DNA from: Candidatus Micrarchaeota archaeon
Lineage (GTDB): Archaea > Micrarchaeota > Micrarchaeia > Norongarragalinales > SBBD01
DNA length: 25,171 nucleotides
Direction of reading: 5' to 3'
NCBI GenBank assembly: GCA_043806595.1
Contig: JAZDGU010000009.1
Coordinates: 1-25,171, forward strand
Shown: one piece after another, positions 23,295 through 25,171 of the stretch
How positions within the stretch are numbered: position 1 is the stretch's first letter
Layout: each line of letters begins with the position of its first letter
Notes under the pieces: generated by a model
Database searches by the model: none
Told to the model about the DNA's origin: nothing
The model's input: only the letters and a program-made list of their open reading frames with translations
Translations under genes and position numbers: made by a program

Positions 23295-23780
23295 TCAGAC
23301 CGCCGCCAGGAGCACGGTATAGTTCCTGCCGTAGTATTTCGCGCACGCCGGGCACGTGGTGTAATAGAAATAGATTTTCTCGGCCTCCTTTCCCTTCGCC
23401 TTCACGTATGCGTCCATCTCCTGCATCCACCTGCCGCTGTCCTTGAAGTCGCCTTCGAATACCTTCGACAGGAAAGTTCCGGAAATCCTCTCCATCTTGG
23501 CGCCGGGCACTTCCTTGCCTACAGCGATGTAGACGTCCGCGCCGAAGGGCGAAGAGCCGTCGTAAAGCATCAGCGGCTTTTCCGACAGGGCGCCTGCAGC
23601 TGCAATCTTCTCTAAGTCTCGCTTCATCACGCCGCCGAAGTTCAATGGGATGTGGAAAATGCAGTGCACGTGGTCCTTGAGGACGAGCTTGTCGTTGAAC
23701 CTGACTTCCTTTTCCTGCCAAGGCGCGGGGTCGAACCTCTCGCAGCAGCCCGTCTCGGCCTTCGGATTCAGCTTGTCCAT
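23295..23780 (-). CDS. Conserved GyrI-like / 'bacterial hydrolase' family protein
   Basis: ETGCCERFDPAPW...FLSKVFEGDFKD...YFYYTTCPACAKYYGRNY; start moved to MDKLNP (23780), preceded by GGTGG. Confidence 0.7.
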   Translation of the reverse strand: MDKLNPKAETGCCERFDPAPWQEKEVRFNDKLVLKDHVHCIFHIPLNFGGVMKRDLEKIAAAGALSEKPLMLYDGSSPFGADVYIAVGKEVPGAKMERISGTFLSKVFEGDFKDSGRWMQEMDAYVKAKGKEAEKIYFYYTTCPACAKYYGRNYTVLLAAV

Positions 23781-23912
23781 GCAGACCACCCCCTCTGCAG
23801 ACATTTTGCAATCCGCATTTAAAAAAACCGTGGTTGCCCCGGACTCGGCGGCCAAGGACGTCAGGCAATGCCTTTTTACGGCCTCTGATTCTAACATTTC
23901 CAGGTGGTCTGC

Positions 23913-24113
23913 ATGAAGTTCTTCAAGTGGGCGGATTCCGTCGCCAAGCGGTTAGGCTGGCTGGACGTCGGCATGGTGAAGATCGCAGTCTTCGGCTTCA
24001 CGCTGTTCCTCGCCAAGATGTGGCCGCCCCTGCTGTCGCTGGAATGGTACTGGTACGTGCTCGTGTTCGTGCTCGCCTCGCTGCCGCCGTTGATGAAGGC
24101 GTTCAAGAAATAG
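23913..24113 (+). CDS. Small two-TM membrane protein
   Basis: AGGTGG SD at 23902; two hydrophobic segments; basic C-terminus. Confidence 0.7.
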   Translation: MKFFKWADSVAKRLGWLDVGMVKIAVFGFTLFLAKMWPPLLSLEWYWYVLVFVLASLPPLMKAFKK

Positions 24114-24257
24114 CCGCAAAGAAAAAGCCCCCGACGGGAAGAAGGTCAATGGCGCGAGTCCCAACCGGATTGTCATCAAACTGAAGCCAAAGGGCCGTGA
24201 ATCCTTATAAAGTTTCAGACTACTTGATTCGGGTAGGTAATACCGCTTGGTGATTGT

Positions 24258-24485
24258 ATGAGCAAGTTAGTCGAAACAGCAATATCTTGTGGAGAATTTT
24301 TATCTAGTGGTGCCCATTCGGTCTTTTCTGGCCTAAAATGTGGGTATAATCTGGCTAGTGGTGCATATAGCGGCTATTCAGCTTTGATGCGTACACCGGG
24401 GCATACTGCGCATTTTACGCACTCGATAAATCGAGCAGGAAAGCTAAAGACATTCTGCCTAGGTAGACCGCGTAGATTTGTTTAA
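24258..24485 (+). CDS. Hypothetical protein (75 aa)
   Basis: GGTGAT just before the ATG, TTATAA upstream, TAATG coupling to the next ORF; no motif recognised. Confidence 0.4.
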   Translation: MSKLVETAISCGEFLSSGAHSVFSGLKCGYNLASGAYSGYSALMRTPGHTAHFTHSINRAGKLKTFCLGRPRRFV

Positions 24486-24910
24486 TGAATTATCCGGAGA
24501 AGAAAATGCAAGAAAGTGATGTTTTAGCGGCGTGGAGCCTAGCTCAAAGTCATCTCTTGAAGAAAAATATTTTATTGCCCTCCGGATTTCAGAGTGTTGC
24601 AATAAAACTGGAACGGGGTGCGTTTCCAACTCCAATGGCAAGTGGACCTGCAAGAGAAAAGCCCATCTGGGTTATTGGCTATGATTTGGGAAATCTCACA
24701 ACTGATGTATTAGAGAAAGGCATTCCTGAAATTGAGGTAAATGATTGGTTGGTGTATCTCTTTGTTCACGAATTTGTTCATTCCTTGTATCCGGGAGCAA
24801 GTCGGGACGTTGATGAAGCGGTCGATGGGATGGTAATTGCTAATTTTCCGGAGTTCAAAAAATATGCGCGATGTTACTACACTGATTCTAGGCGTTGTCA
24901 ATGGGATTAA
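24485..24910 (+). CDS. Small HEXXH (zincin-like) putative metallopeptidase
   Basis: YLFVHEFVHSL helix motif. Confidence 0.55.
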   Translation: MNYPEKKMQESDVLAAWSLAQSHLLKKNILLPSGFQSVAIKLERGAFPTPMASGPAREKPIWVIGYDLGNLTTDVLEKGIPEIEVNDWLVYLFVHEFVHSLYPGASRDVDEAVDGMVIANFPEFKKYARCYYTDSRRCQWD

Positions 24911-25152
24911 TTGAAGATGTGGTTGGAAAAGAAATTGAAGATTATTTTACGGGTTTGATATATTCGTTTGCAGCTTTAGTAGTACTTATTGCCTTGGTTC
25001 GGCTTTCGGGTTCGAATTTGGATAAGCTTCCAAACATCAAACCGCTTATTATGGACCCTTGGGCTAACCGAGATACGCTGGGAGTAATATGGGTATTGTT
25101 TGGGTTAATTTTTGGAAAGGCTAAACGCGAAAATTCAAGAGGAAAACGATAA
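24901..25152 (+). CDS. Small two-TM membrane protein
   Basis: Two hydrophobic segments; overlaps the end of the HEXXH ORF. Confidence 0.55.
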   Translation: MGLIEDVVGKEIEDYFTGLIYSFAALVVLIALVRLSGSNLDKLPNIKPLIMDPWANRDTLGVIWVLFGLIFGKAKRENSRGKR

Positions 25153-25171
25153 AATTCCACATCGGCATCAG

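Overview
GC-rich, archaeal-looking DNA (NurA, archaeal-type dUTPase, BRE/TATA boxes, GGTGA-type Shine-Dalgarno sites; a DPANN/Micrarchaeota-like host is my guess, not shown). Two systems are interleaved. (1) An apparently complete eukaryote-like ubiquitin pathway: UBA2/UBA3-like E1 (<1-741), wHTH-RING E3 candidate, Rpn11/CSN5-like JAB protease, pro-ubiquitin with GG plus a 26-aa tail, and a canonical HPN-motif E2, in an operon with nurA and with three small ORFs, two of which share a KPRVV motif with the E2 tail. (2) A ~13.1-kb island bounded by a direct repeat of the E1 3' end. It encodes an apparently split Rhs system: a ~3,290-aa secreted SpvB/YD-repeat shell with adhesin modules that stops just before the Rhs core, flanked by two separately encoded core+effector 'cartridges' with hydrophobic leaders (one transglutaminase/papain-like, one caspase-like) and no evident immunity genes. 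Also present: a membrane-anchored heparinase II/III-like protein, a RelE-type TA pair, a urea transporter, dUTPase, a GyrI-like hydrolase and an AT-richer tail with a HEXXH protein. All family calls are motif recognition by eye; no searches were run.
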